Counted from the first letter of the stretch, positions 18,151-27,296 are shown. The stretch: DNA of 64,000 bases from Burkholderiales bacterium (GCA_019751125.1 JAIENU010000017.1:21472-85471), one strand, 5' to 3'. The notes: a model not told the origin generated them from the sequence alone. A program made the numbers and translations.

Positions 18151-18869
18151 GCACGGTGGCGCAGTCGCTGACGCGCGCCTTTGCCGCGCTGTTCGAGCCG
18201 CGCATCCTCGGCCTGCTGTTGCTGCCGCCGCTGGGCAGCCTGCTGCTGTGGGTGGTGCTCGGCTGGCTGTTCTGGGATGCCTGGACCGGCATGGTGCGCG
18301 GCGCGCTGGGCCTGACCACGGTCGCGGGCTGGCTCGCCGACTGGAATGCGCTGTGGGTGATTGATTACACCGCCGTAATCGCGGTGCTGGTGGCGATCCT
18401 GCCGGCGATGCTGGTCACTGCACTGCTGGTGACCGAGATCGTGGCGATGCCGGTGATCGTGCGCTGGGTCGCGGAACGTTATTACCCGGAGCTGCGGCGT
18501 GCCGCCGGCGGCAGTGTTGCCGGCAGCATCGGCAATGCGCTGATTGCAGTCACGGTATTCATGCTGCTGTGGATACTGACGTTGCCGCTGTGGCTGACCG
18601 GCATCGGCGCCTTTGTCGCGCCGCTGCTCAACTCGGCCTGGCTCAATCAGCGCCTGTTCCGTTATGACGCGCTGGCCGACCACGCCACGCAGGAGGAGAT
18701 GGCGCAGATCACTGCCACCGAACGCGGCCCGCTGTTTGTGCTGGGTGCAGCGCTGTCGCTGCTGCTGTATGTGCCGGTGCTCAACCTCGCGGTGCCGGTG
18801 CTGTCGGGACTTGCATTTACCCACTTTTGTCTGGGACGGCTGGCTGCGCGGCGTGCGGCGGTCTCCTGA
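18147..18869 (+). CDS. EI24/CysZ-like domain membrane protein
   Basis: 240 aa, polytopic. The ATGA overlaps the lrgB stop. Confidence 0.65.
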   Translation: MSTVAQSLTRAFAALFEPRILGLLLLPPLGSLLLWVVLGWLFWDAWTGMVRGALGLTTVAGWLADWNALWVIDYTAVIAVLVAILPAMLVTALLVTEIVAMPVIVRWVAERYYPELRRAAGGSVAGSIGNALIAVTVFMLLWILTLPLWLTGIGAFVAPLLNSAWLNQRLFRYDALADHATQEEMAQITATERGPLFVLGAALSLLLYVPVLNLAVPVLSGLAFTHFCLGRLAARRAAVS

Positions 18870-18886
18870 GTCTGGCGCTATTGGTA

Positions 18887-19006
18887 TGATCAGGGCATGC
18901 GCGACCCTCACGCGCCACGGGATTGCCGGAAACAGATTGCCGAAACCTGATTGCAGAAACTTAAGCCCTTCGCAACGGTCTCTTGGATTGTTCACGCCCT
19001 GATCAT
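18887..19006 (+). promoter_or_regulatory. structured / repeat-bearing leader upstream of the elaB-like gene
   Basis: An 11-bp perfect inverted repeat, atgatcagggc (18887-18897) and gccctgatcat (18996-19006), brackets three direct repeats GATTGC(C)(G)GAAAC at 18921, 18935 and 18949 (14-nt period). Confidence 0.45.
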
Positions 19007-19030
19007 CAACTGTTAACGAAAGGATCCGCC

Positions 19031-19351
19031 ATGGCCAAAGCCGCCACGCCCGTCGAAGTTTCCAAGGAACAGCTGGTCCAGGATTTCAAGGTCCTGGTCG
19101 CTGATGCCGAAGCCCTGTTGAAAGCCACCGCCAGCCAGAGCGGCGAAGCGGTCACCGCGATGCGCGCGCGTGTCGGCGAGTCGCTGGCCGTGGCCAAGGA
19201 CAAGCTGACCGAAGTCGAACGCGTCGCGCTGGACAAGGCCAAGGCCGCAGCGGTGGCGACCGATGAATACGTGCACGAAAAACCCTGGCATGCCGTGGGC
19301 ATTGCCGCCGGTGTCGGCCTGATCATCGGCCTGCTGATCGGCCGCCGCTGA
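19031..19351 (+). CDS. ElaB/YqjD/DUF883 family membrane-anchored ribosome-binding protein
   Basis: 106 aa. Helical N-terminal part, conserved PWHAVGIAAGVGLIIGLLIGRR C-terminal anchor. Confidence 0.85.
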   Translation: MAKAATPVEVSKEQLVQDFKVLVADAEALLKATASQSGEAVTAMRARVGESLAVAKDKLTEVERVALDKAKAAAVATDEYVHEKPWHAVGIAAGVGLIIGLLIGRR

Positions 19352-19356
19352 GCACG

Positions 19357-19749
19357 ATGGCTGAAACCCGCGAGCCGGATGCCGGCGGACTGCTGGCCTC
19401 GGTCAAGTCGATGGCGGCGAACCTGCTCGCCATCGCGCAGACAAGGCTTGAGCTGCTGGCCACCGATGTGGCCGAGGAGCGCGAGCGCCTGACCGCGCTG
19501 CTGGTGCTGGTGCTGCTCGCGCTGTTCAGCTTTGGTGTCGGCGTGGTGCTGCTGGCGCTGCTGATCGTGATTGCGCTGTGGGAATCCAACCGTCTGGTCG
19601 CGCTGGGCGGACTGATCGGTTTTTTCCTGCTGGTTGGTGCACTGTTCGGCTGGCTGGCGCTGAACAAGCTGCGTACCGCGCCGCGCATGTTTGATGCAAG
19701 CATCAGCGAACTGCAGAAGGACCGCGACCAGCTGGAGGCCAAACCTTGA
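19357..19749 (+). CDS. YqjE-like (phage holin family) membrane protein
   Basis: LAIAQTRLELLATDVAEERERL motif and two TM helices. It follows the elaB-like gene. Confidence 0.75.
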   Translation: MAETREPDAGGLLASVKSMAANLLAIAQTRLELLATDVAEERERLTALLVLVLLALFSFGVGVVLLALLIVIALWESNRLVALGGLIGFFLLVGALFGWLALNKLRTAPRMFDASISELQKDRDQLEAKP

Positions 19750-20042
19750 CCGGCCGCAGTGATGCGGTGGCGCGGCGCCGCGCGCAGTTGCTGGCGACGG
19801 TGGCCGCGCAACGCAGCGCATTGGCTGCGCAGTGGCAGGGCGTGCAGCCGGTGCTGAACATCGCCGATCGCGGCGTGTCGCTGGTGCGCAGCGTCGCGCG
19901 CCATCCGCTGCTGGTGGTGGCTGCAGCGGCGGCGCTGGTGGTGTGGCGTCCGCGCCGCGCGCTGCAGTGGCTCCAGTACGGCGTGATGGGCTGGCAGCTG
20001 GTGCGCCGCTTCAGTGCTGAAAACTCAAAAAATATCCAATAA
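19746..20042 (+). CDS. YqjK-like protein
   Basis: TTG start overlapping the yqjE-like stop. RRRAQLLATVAAQRSAL... is typical of YqjK. The last codons run into AT-rich repeat C. Confidence 0.65.
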   Translation: MTGRSDAVARRRAQLLATVAAQRSALAAQWQGVQPVLNIADRGVSLVRSVARHPLLVVAAAAALVVWRPRRALQWLQYGVMGWQLVRRFSAENSKNIQ

Positions 20043-20057
20043 AAACAATGACTTACG
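20025..20057 (-). repeat. AT-rich intergenic repeat, copy C (reverse orientation)
   Basis: tcaaaaaatatccaataaaaacaatgacttacg. It lies between convergent gene ends and contains the stop codon of the yqjK-like gene. Confidence 0.7.
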
Positions 20058-20069
20058 GTATATCCTCAC

Positions 20070-21140
20070 TCACGCGGTGAGTGCCGGGTAGTCGGTGTAG
20101 CCGACCGGTCCCGGTGAGTAGAAGGTGGCCGGATTCGCCGCGTTGAGCGGTGCACCGCGACGGAAACGTTCCGGCAGATCGGGGTTGGCGAGGAAGGGCA
20201 CGCCGAAGGCGACAGCATCAACCTGACCTTCAGCGATGACTTTCTGTGCTTCGTCCGCGCCATAACCCATGTTGGTGATCAGCACACCCTTGAAGTTCGC
20301 CCGCGCCGGCGTCAGCACGTCGCCCTTCTGCTGCTGGAAAAAATCACCGCGCATCACGTGCAGGTAGGCGAGGTTGTAGCGGTTGAGCATCTGCGCCACT
20401 GCGGCGATCAACGCGGCCGGATCACTGTCGATCATGCTGTTGTAGCTGTTCAGCGGTGACAGGCGCACGCCGACACGATCGCTGCCCCAGACTTCGCACA
20501 CCGCCTCGACCACTTCGCAGAGCAGCCGCGCGCGGTTTTCGATGGGGCCGCCGTAGGGGCCGCTGCGCTTGTTGGCGCCGTCTCGCAGGAATTCGTCGAG
20601 CAGGTAGCCGTTGGCGCCATGTACTTCAACGCCGTCGAAACCGGCGGCTTTGGCGTTTTCCGCAGCTTTGCGGAAGCCGGCGACAATGCCCGGCAGTTCG
20701 TCGTCGCGCAGTTCGCGCGGCAGGACATAGGGTTTTTTGCCTTCCGGCGTGTGTACTTCGTCGCCGGTGATCGGAATCGCGCTCGGCGCCACCGGTTGCG
20801 CGCCATTGTTGAGCAGCGGGTGGCAGGCGCGGCCGCCGTGCCAGATCTGCAGGAAGATGCGGCCGCCTTTGGCGTGCACCGCGTCGGTGACTTTTTTCCA
20901 GCCGGCCACCTGGGCCTCAGAGTAGATGCCGGGTTCCATCCAGAACGAGGAATTGCCTTCGATCGCCATCGTCGCTTCGGCGATGATCAGGCCGGCGCTG
21001 GCACGCTGCGCATAGTATTCGGCCATGATGGCGGTGGGGACATGGTCGGCGTCGGCGCGGCAGCGCGTCAGCGGCGCCATGAAAATGCGGTTGGGCGCGG
21101 TGATGGCGCCGAAACGGATCGGACTGTGCAGGTCGGGCAT
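20070..21140 (-). CDS. Old Yellow Enzyme family NADH:flavin oxidoreductase (N-ethylmaleimide reductase-like)
   Basis: 356 aa. N-terminus PNRIFMAPLTRCRA, HGANGYLLDEFL, and the C-terminal pattern of OYE alkene reductases. Confidence 0.9.
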   Translation of the reverse strand: MPDLHSPIRFGAITAPNRIFMAPLTRCRADADHVPTAIMAEYYAQRASAGLIIAEATMAIEGNSSFWMEPGIYSEAQVAGWKKVTDAVHAKGGRIFLQIWHGGRACHPLLNNGAQPVAPSAIPITGDEVHTPEGKKPYVLPRELRDDELPGIVAGFRKAAENAKAAGFDGVEVHGANGYLLDEFLRDGANKRSGPYGGPIENRARLLCEVVEAVCEVWGSDRVGVRLSPLNSYNSMIDSDPAALIAAVAQMLNRYNLAYLHVMRGDFFQQQKGDVLTPARANFKGVLITNMGYGADEAQKVIAEGQVDAVAFGVPFLANPDLPERFRRGAPLNAANPATFYSPGPVGYTDYPALTA

Positions 21141-21171
21141 GGGATTCTCCGGAAGGATCGTTGCAAATTCC

Positions 21172-21221
21172 GGAAAAGATCAGGGCGCCGGCCGGATTTG
21201 CAAGTCCGGTGCGGCGCCCTG
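21172..21221 (-). terminator. rho-independent terminator of the serine hydrolase gene
   Basis: 10-bp outer stem cagggcgccg / cggcgccctg with an inner ccgga/tccgg stem. On the minus strand it is followed by atcttttcc. Confidence 0.75.
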
Positions 21222-21250
21222 TCGTGGACAGCAGTGGCTCGGCAGCTGGC

Positions 21251-22543
21251 TTACTTGATCAGAGCCTGCATCACCAGCGATTTCATCAGCGCGCGGTAGT
21301 ACAGCCGCGGTTCGCCCGGCGTGTGTGCCATGTACACCACCACCAGTTCTTCCTTCGGGTCGACCCAGAACATGGTGCCGTTGGCGCCGCCCCAGTTGTA
21401 GTCGCCGGTGGTGCCGGTGACCGCGGATTCACCTGCCGCGGTGCGCACAGCCATGCTCAGGCCGAAACCGTAGCCGGCGCGTGAAGGGTCGGTTGCCGCG
21501 ACGCGGTTGTCGATGGCCGTGCCGAGATGGTCGGCGGTCATGTATTCGACGGTGGTCTTGCCGAGGATGCGGTTATCACCGAGGCTGCCCTTGTTGAGCA
21601 GCATCTGCGCAAAACGCAGGTAGTCGCCGGCGGTGCCCGCGGCGCAGGCACCGCCACAGTCAAAGCGCGGTGCCGGCCCGGAGTGCACGGTCACCGATTG
21701 CGGGCGGCCGGTGTCGGGATTGACCGGCAGGGCCTTGGCGTAACGGTGCATTTTTTCCTTCGGGATGCTGAACGCGGTGTCGTTCATGCCCAGCGGCTTC
21801 CAGATGCGCTCGGCAAGGATGTCGCCCAGCCGCTGGCCGGTGATGCGTTCGAGCAGGATGCCGAGCACGTCGATCGACACGCTGTATTCCCAAACGGTGC
21901 CGGGATGGTGCACCAGCGGCAGGCCGGCAATCTGGTTGATGAATTCGTCGGCGCTCATTTTCAGCGCGGTGGTGGTGGATGAGGCCGGGTGCAGCGCGTG
22001 CAGCGGGCTTGCACCGCGTGCGCCGTAGGTGAGGCCCGCGGTGTGGCGCATCAGGTCCTGCACCACCATCTGCCGTTTGGCCGGCACGCGCTCGATCACC
22101 GGCTTGCCGTCGGCGCCGGTTTTCACCACGCCGACATCCATCTTCGCCAGCTCCGGAATGTGCTTGCCGACCGGATCACCGATCAGCAGCCGGCCTTCCT
22201 CGTACAACGACATCGCGCCGACCGCGGCCATCGGCTTGGTCATCGAAGCCAGGCTGAAGATGGTGTCGGTGGTCATGCGCACGTTGTTCTGCTTGTCGCG
22301 CCAGCCGAAGGCTTCGTAATAGACCAGCCGTCCCTTGCGTGCGACGGCTACCACCATGCCCGGCAGGTGGTTTTTCTCGATGTGTGCGTTGATCACCGGG
22401 CCGATGCGCGCGAGGCGCTCGGAGGACATGCCGACCGATTCAGGACGCGATCGCGGCAGCGGATCGTCGGCGAGGACGTGTGGCGTGTACAGCGAACAGG
22501 CGAGCGCGACGGGCGCCAGCAGCAGCGCGGCAGTGGATTTCAT
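21251..22543 (-). CDS. beta-lactamase-related serine hydrolase (secreted)
   Basis: Signal peptide MKSTAALLLAPVALACS. SxxK motif SMTK. Start at 22543 has a ggaggag RBS. The track ORF N-terminal extension to 22903 is rejected. Confidence 0.85.
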   Translation of the reverse strand: MKSTAALLLAPVALACSLYTPHVLADDPLPRSRPESVGMSSERLARIGPVINAHIEKNHLPGMVVAVARKGRLVYYEAFGWRDKQNNVRMTTDTIFSLASMTKPMAAVGAMSLYEEGRLLIGDPVGKHIPELAKMDVGVVKTGADGKPVIERVPAKRQMVVQDLMRHTAGLTYGARGASPLHALHPASSTTTALKMSADEFINQIAGLPLVHHPGTVWEYSVSIDVLGILLERITGQRLGDILAERIWKPLGMNDTAFSIPKEKMHRYAKALPVNPDTGRPQSVTVHSGPAPRFDCGGACAAGTAGDYLRFAQMLLNKGSLGDNRILGKTTVEYMTADHLGTAIDNRVAATDPSRAGYGFGLSMAVRTAAGESAVTGTTGDYNWGGANGTMFWVDPKEELVVVYMAHTPGEPRLYYRALMKSLVMQALIK

Positions 22544-22661
22544 TATTGTTCTCCTCCCAAGTGGAGGAAGCAGGTTACGCCCGGGACGGTGGGGCGTAAA
22601 GCGCTGCCGCAGTTTGGTTATGATCGCTGCATAACAGCCTGAAAAAGGAGGGGAGATCATC

Positions 22662-24104
22662 ATGCGGTCCTTGCTTTTATCCTTGTCTGCATCGAGGTTT
22701 GAGCCATTGCGCCGGCTGCTGCTGGCCACGCTGCTGTCCGCGGTGGCAGTTGCGGCCGGTGGTTGTGCCGGCACCGCTACGCAGTCCGCGGGCACAGCGC
22801 CCAGGAACATCATCATCCTGTTTGCCGACGGCACGGCGCCGGTGCAATGGGATTTCGGCAAACGCTCCAGCGCGATCCTGCGCGGGCAGACTTTCGCCAC
22901 CACTGACGTGGTATTCCGTGAGGGTTCGCTGGGCCTGCTGTCGACGCAGCCCCATGGACCCTATGTCACCGACTCCGCGGCTGCGGCCTCGGCGATGTCC
23001 ACCGGCCACAAGGTCGAGAACGGCGCGGTATCGATCACGCCGGACGGCAAGGCGCAGACCACGCTGATGCAGGCGGCGAAGGCCGCGGGCAAGCGCATCG
23101 GGCTGGTGACCTCGGCGACGGTGTATGACGCGACACCCGCCGCGTTTTCGATCAATGCCCGGTCACGGCGTGATTCGCAGCCGCTGGTCGATCAGTACGC
23201 GACCCTGCGCCCGGATGTGCTGATGGGCGGCGGCGCCGATTATTTCCTGCCGTCGACAGCACCCGGCGGCAAGCGCAAGGACGGCCGCGACGTGATCGCC
23301 GAATTCCGTGCCGGCGGCCATGCCATCGCGCGCAACAGCGCGGAACTGAAGGCGGCAACCGGCCCGCGGCTGCTCGGACTGTTCGCGCTCGAGGACATGG
23401 ATTTCGAGCTCGACCGTGATCCTGCCGTCGAGCCATCGACCGCGGAAATGACGGCAGCGGCGCTGCGCGCGCTGGCGCAGGACAGCCCGAAAGGTTTTGT
23501 GCTGCTGGTGGAAAACGAGAACACCGACACCGCCAGCCACGCCAATGACGCGCCGTCGCTGATGCGCGCGCTGTGGGCTTTTGATGACGCGGTGAAGGTG
23601 GCGCTGGAATTCCAGAGACGCAACCCGGATACCCTGGTCATCGTTACCGGCGACCACGAGACCGGCGGCTTTTCACCAACCTATGCGCAGAAGGATCTGG
23701 GCTCGGCCGGCAGCGGTAACCGCTTCTATGCCGGCGACGAGCAGTTCCGTATGCTCGAACGCGTCAGCATGTCGCTGGGCATGTTGCGCGAGAAACTCGG
23801 ACGCAAGCCCGATGCCGCGGTTCTCGATGCTTTGCTGGAAAAGCACTTTCCCGGATTCCGTTTTGATGACGACCTGCGCGCGCTGCTGCTCGGTGGCAAG
23901 CCGCTGGACCGCAATTTCACCTATATCCCGCACAACCTCGTCGGACGCATGATTTCGCGCCAGACCGGTTTTTACTGGGGCACTTCAGGCCACACCTCGG
24001 AGCCGGTCGCGGTTGGTGCCATCGGTCCCGGCGCTGAACTGTTCCGCGGTTATCAGGACAACACCGATTTCGGAAAACATCTGCACCGCCTGATCGGACG
24101 CTGA
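22662..24104 (+). CDS. alkaline phosphatase (PhoA family), probable lipoprotein
   Basis: Lipobox AAGGC. Active-site region DSAAAASAMSTGHK, and metal-ligand regions DTASHAND and GDHETGG. Confidence 0.88.
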   Translation: MRSLLLSLSASRFEPLRRLLLATLLSAVAVAAGGCAGTATQSAGTAPRNIIILFADGTAPVQWDFGKRSSAILRGQTFATTDVVFREGSLGLLSTQPHGPYVTDSAAAASAMSTGHKVENGAVSITPDGKAQTTLMQAAKAAGKRIGLVTSATVYDATPAAFSINARSRRDSQPLVDQYATLRPDVLMGGGADYFLPSTAPGGKRKDGRDVIAEFRAGGHAIARNSAELKAATGPRLLGLFALEDMDFELDRDPAVEPSTAEMTAAALRALAQDSPKGFVLLVENENTDTASHANDAPSLMRALWAFDDAVKVALEFQRRNPDTLVIVTGDHETGGFSPTYAQKDLGSAGSGNRFYAGDEQFRMLERVSMSLGMLREKLGRKPDAAVLDALLEKHFPGFRFDDDLRALLLGGKPLDRNFTYIPHNLVGRMISRQTGFYWGTSGHTSEPVAVGAIGPGAELFRGYQDNTDFGKHLHRLIGR

Positions 24105-24129
24105 GCGCGACCGGGCCGCAGTTCCGGTT

Positions 24130-24501
24130 TTAATACTGCTCGAAGTATTCGACCGGACGCACTTCAACCGCCCAGCCGACGTGGCCGCCGATCAGTGCGG
24201 CCGGGTGTTTGGCGGCGATGCGCAGTGCGTCGTCCATGTCATCGGCTTCGATGATGAAAAAGCCGCCGACCTGTTCCTTGGTTTCGGCAAAGGGGCCGTC
24301 GGTGATTGAAGGCTTGCCGCTGCCCGGCCGCAGCGTGCGGGTGGCGTCAAGTTCACCAAGCGAGGCCTGCAGACGCAGCGCGCCGCTGGCGCGCAGGGCT
24401 GCGTCATGCGCGGGACACTGGCTGACCAGGGCCTGCAGTGCGTCCGGCGGCAGCGCGGCGAATTTTTCGGTGTCGTAATAGGCGAGGCAGAGGAATTTCA
24501 T
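24130..24501 (-). CDS. YciI/DGPF-domain protein (paralogue 4)
   Basis: MKFLCLAYYD... TDGPFAETKEQVGGFFIIEADDMDDALRIAAKHP. Confidence 0.85.
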   Translation of the reverse strand: MKFLCLAYYDTEKFAALPPDALQALVSQCPAHDAALRASGALRLQASLGELDATRTLRPGSGKPSITDGPFAETKEQVGGFFIIEADDMDDALRIAAKHPAALIGGHVGWAVEVRPVEYFEQY

Positions 24502-24534
24502 CGCGATTCTTTCAATCTGTTTAGTCGCTGTGAT

Positions 24535-24792
24535 TCAGCCGCCGGAGAGGGCCTGGGCGATGATGACTTCATCGCTGTCCCGGAGCGCACGCGCGAGGTC
24601 ATGCTCCTGTGTGCCGTTGATGAAGATGCGGATGTGGCGGCGGATGCGGCCCTGCTCATCGACCATGCGGAAGCGGATGCCGGGATAACGGCTTTCGAGG
24701 TCGTCGAGCAGCAGGGCCAGTGTTGCGCCCTGCGCTTCGGCCTGGCCGGACTCGGTGTAGGAGCGCAGCGCGCTGGGGATCATGACTTGCAT
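24535..24792 (-). CDS. MoaD/ThiS-family ubiquitin-like small protein with C-terminal GG
   Basis: 85 aa, MQVMIPSALRSYT ... IFINGTQ ... VIIAQALSGG*. Beta-grasp-like length and a terminal Gly-Gly. Confidence 0.75.
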   Translation of the reverse strand: MQVMIPSALRSYTESGQAEAQGATLALLLDDLESRYPGIRFRMVDEQGRIRRHIRIFINGTQEHDLARALRDSDEVIIAQALSGG

Positions 24793-24811
24793 GAGATCAC
24801 CCGCATGACCT

Positions 24812-25993
24812 TCATGCGAAGACCGCGGTTTCGACGGCGTAGATTTCCGGCAGGTTGCGCACGATGCAGCTCCAGCGTTGGCCTGCTTTTTTGTCGGTGC
24901 TGCGGCTTGCCCACAGTTCGCCGCTGGTGGTGCCGAAGTAGAGACCGACATCGTCCTGCGTGTCACAGCACATCGCCTGGCGTTTTACGGTCCACCAGGC
25001 CTGCTGCCTGGGCATGCCGGCATCGAGGCGCTGCCAGGTCTTGCCGCCGTTCCTGGTGCCGTAAACCGCGGGTTTGCCACCGGGGCTGGTGCGCGGCCAC
25101 ACGCCGCTGCCGTCCATCGGGAACACCCAGGCACGGTTGTCGTCGCGCGGATGCACCACCAGCGGGAAGCCGATGTCGCCGACGGATTTGGGCATGGCTT
25201 TGCCGATACGCACCCAGGTATCCGAAGGACGGTCGAGGCGGTAGATGCCGCAGTGATTCTGCTGGTAGATGCGGTCGGGGTTGGACGGGCAGATGCGCAG
25301 GCAGTGCGGGTCGTGGAAGGTCGGCTGCAGCGGATCAAAGCCGAAGCCTTCGACGACATCGAGGCCCTTGATCAGCGTTTTCCAGCTCTGGCCGCCGTCG
25401 GTGGATTCGTGCACACCGCCGCCGGACATGCCGATGTAGAGGTGGCGCGCATCACGCGGGTCGACAATGATCGAGTGCAGTTTGGGGCCGTCGGGTGTGC
25501 CGTCCTGCGCCGTGCCCATCCACTCGCGGAATTTCGGGTCGTCGTTGATGATCGAGTACGGTTTCCAGTTCACGCCGCCGTCGGTGGAGCGGAACAGGCC
25601 CTGCGGGCTGGTGCCGGCATACCAGACATCCGGTTCGGAAGCCGGGCCGGGCGTGAGCCAGAAGGTGTGGTCCACCGAACGTCCGCTGCCGTCGGCGGCC
25701 TTGGCGAAGGCCGGTGGCTGTGCAGCCTCCTTCCAGTTGCGGCCGCGGTCGGTGGAACGGAACACCGTCGGCCCGAGGTGGCCGGTCTTGGCGGCGGCAA
25801 GCAGCGTGCGGCCGTCGCGCGGATCGAGCACCAGGTGGCTGATGACATGGCCGAGGAAATGCGGGCCGTCGATTTTCCAGGTCTTGCGCTGCGCATCGCC
25901 ATGGATCAGCCAGGCGCCCTTGCGGGTGGCGACCAGCACCGTGGTGTTGTGCGGCTTGCGTGCGGCGGTTTTCTTCTTTCGGACTGCGGGCAT
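24812..25993 (-). CDS. BNR/Asp-box repeat beta-propeller protein (sialidase-like fold)
   Basis: 393 aa. Asp-boxes STDRGRNW, STDGGVNW, STDGGQSW, and a degenerate TRNGGKTW. Start at 25993 has a gaggag RBS. Confidence 0.8.
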   Translation of the reverse strand: MPAVRKKKTAARKPHNTTVLVATRKGAWLIHGDAQRKTWKIDGPHFLGHVISHLVLDPRDGRTLLAAAKTGHLGPTVFRSTDRGRNWKEAAQPPAFAKAADGSGRSVDHTFWLTPGPASEPDVWYAGTSPQGLFRSTDGGVNWKPYSIINDDPKFREWMGTAQDGTPDGPKLHSIIVDPRDARHLYIGMSGGGVHESTDGGQSWKTLIKGLDVVEGFGFDPLQPTFHDPHCLRICPSNPDRIYQQNHCGIYRLDRPSDTWVRIGKAMPKSVGDIGFPLVVHPRDDNRAWVFPMDGSGVWPRTSPGGKPAVYGTRNGGKTWQRLDAGMPRQQAWWTVKRQAMCCDTQDDVGLYFGTTSGELWASRSTDKKAGQRWSCIVRNLPEIYAVETAVFA

Positions 25994-26018
25994 GGTGTTC
26001 TCCTCGGTTTGTGTCGGG

Positions 26019-26378
26019 TCAGGCCTGGACCAATACCTTGAAGCCGCCCCAGAACATGCGTTTGGCATCGAAGGGCATGTTGCCGGGGTCGCACATCGCG
26101 GCCATGCGCGGATCCTTGAACACCCTGGCGTTGACGCGGTCGCGGTGGGCGCGGGACTTGTAGACGATGTACGCAAAGACCACGGTTTCGTCTTTTTTCA
26201 GCTTCACGCTTTGCGGGAAGGACGTGAGCTTTCCGGGCTTCACGTCATCGGCGACACACTCGACATAGTCCAGCGCGCCGTGCTCACGCCATATTTTTCC
26301 GGCCTTGCGCGCGATCTTGCGATAGTCCTCGACCTTCTTTTTTGGTACCGGCAGCACGAATCCATCGACATAGGGCAT
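26019..26378 (-). CDS. DUF1428 family protein
   Basis: MPYVDGFVLPVPKKKVEDYRKIARKAGKIWREHGAL... matches the characteristic DUF1428 N-terminus. Confidence 0.8.
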   Translation of the reverse strand: MPYVDGFVLPVPKKKVEDYRKIARKAGKIWREHGALDYVECVADDVKPGKLTSFPQSVKLKKDETVVFAYIVYKSRAHRDRVNARVFKDPRMAAMCDPGNMPFDAKRMFWGGFKVLVQA

Positions 26379-26411
26379 GGTGTTCTCCTTGATGGGTTTG
26401 AATCGGACCGG

Positions 26412-26780
26412 TCAGGCGCCGGCCTTGCGTTGTTGTTCCGCGGCTACGGTTTCCCGGATCGGCCGCACCGGGCGCACCTCGATGCTGCCGACCGTTGCCG
26501 GCGGAATGCCGGCGGCGATGCGGATGGCCTCATCGAGGTCGGCGGCCTCGATCATGTAAAAACCGGCAAGCTGTTCCTTGGTTTCGGCAAAGGGGCCGTC
26601 GGTGACGGCGACCTTGCCGTCGCGGATGCGCACCGTGGTCGCGGTCTGCACCGGCTGGAGCGCTTCCGAGGCAATACATTTGCCGCTGGCGCGGATCGAG
26701 GCGTCGTAAGCAACGCAGTCCTCGTCGGCCAGTTCCGGCAGGCGTTTTTCGTCGAGATAGACCAGGCAGAGGTATTTCAT
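26412..26780 (-). CDS. YciI/DGPF-domain protein (paralogue 3)
   Basis: MKYLCLVYLDE... TDGPFAETKEQLAGFYMIEAADLDEAIRIAAGIP. Confidence 0.85.
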   Translation of the reverse strand: MKYLCLVYLDEKRLPELADEDCVAYDASIRASGKCIASEALQPVQTATTVRIRDGKVAVTDGPFAETKEQLAGFYMIEAADLDEAIRIAAGIPPATVGSIEVRPVRPIRETVAAEQQRKAGA

Positions 26781-26798
26781 GACGGGCTCTGAGGGGGG

Positions 26799-27284
26799 TT
26801 AACCGCGCCGCGCCGCTTCGATCACGGCGATGTCAATTTTATGCATGGTCATCATCGCATCAAAGGCGCGCTTGGCGGCGGCGGGGTCGGGATCGATGAT
26901 CGCTTCGGTGAGGGCCAGCGGTGTGATCTGCCAAGACAAGCCCCATTTATCCTTGCACCAGCCGCAGGCGCTCTCGCTGCCGCCGTTGCCGACGATCGCG
27001 TTCCAGTAGCGGTCTGTTTCGGCCTGGTCAGCGGTTGCGACCTGAAACGAGAACGCCTCGCTGTGTTTGAATGCCGGTCCGCCGTTGAGCCCGAGGCAGG
27101 GGATGCCCATGACGGTGAACAGGACCGTCAGCACATCACCCTGCCTGCCGGACGGAAAGTCCCCCGGTGCACGATGCACGGCGTCCACGGAAGAGTTTGG
27201 AAAGGTTTCCGCGTAAAACCGCGCCGCGTTCTCGGCGTCTCCGTCAAACCAGAGGCAAATCGTGTTCTTTGCCGTGTTTTTCAT
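26799..27284 (-). CDS. VOC superfamily protein (PhnB / 3-demethylubiquinone methyltransferase-like domain)
   Basis: ICLWFDGDAENAARFYAETFP ... CGWCKDKWGLSWQI is typical of this VOC subfamily. Confidence 0.8.
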   Translation of the reverse strand: MKNTAKNTICLWFDGDAENAARFYAETFPNSSVDAVHRAPGDFPSGRQGDVLTVLFTVMGIPCLGLNGGPAFKHSEAFSFQVATADQAETDRYWNAIVGNGGSESACGWCKDKWGLSWQITPLALTEAIIDPDPAAAKRAFDAMMTMHKIDIAVIEAARRG

Positions 27285-27296
27285 CAGCCATCTCCG

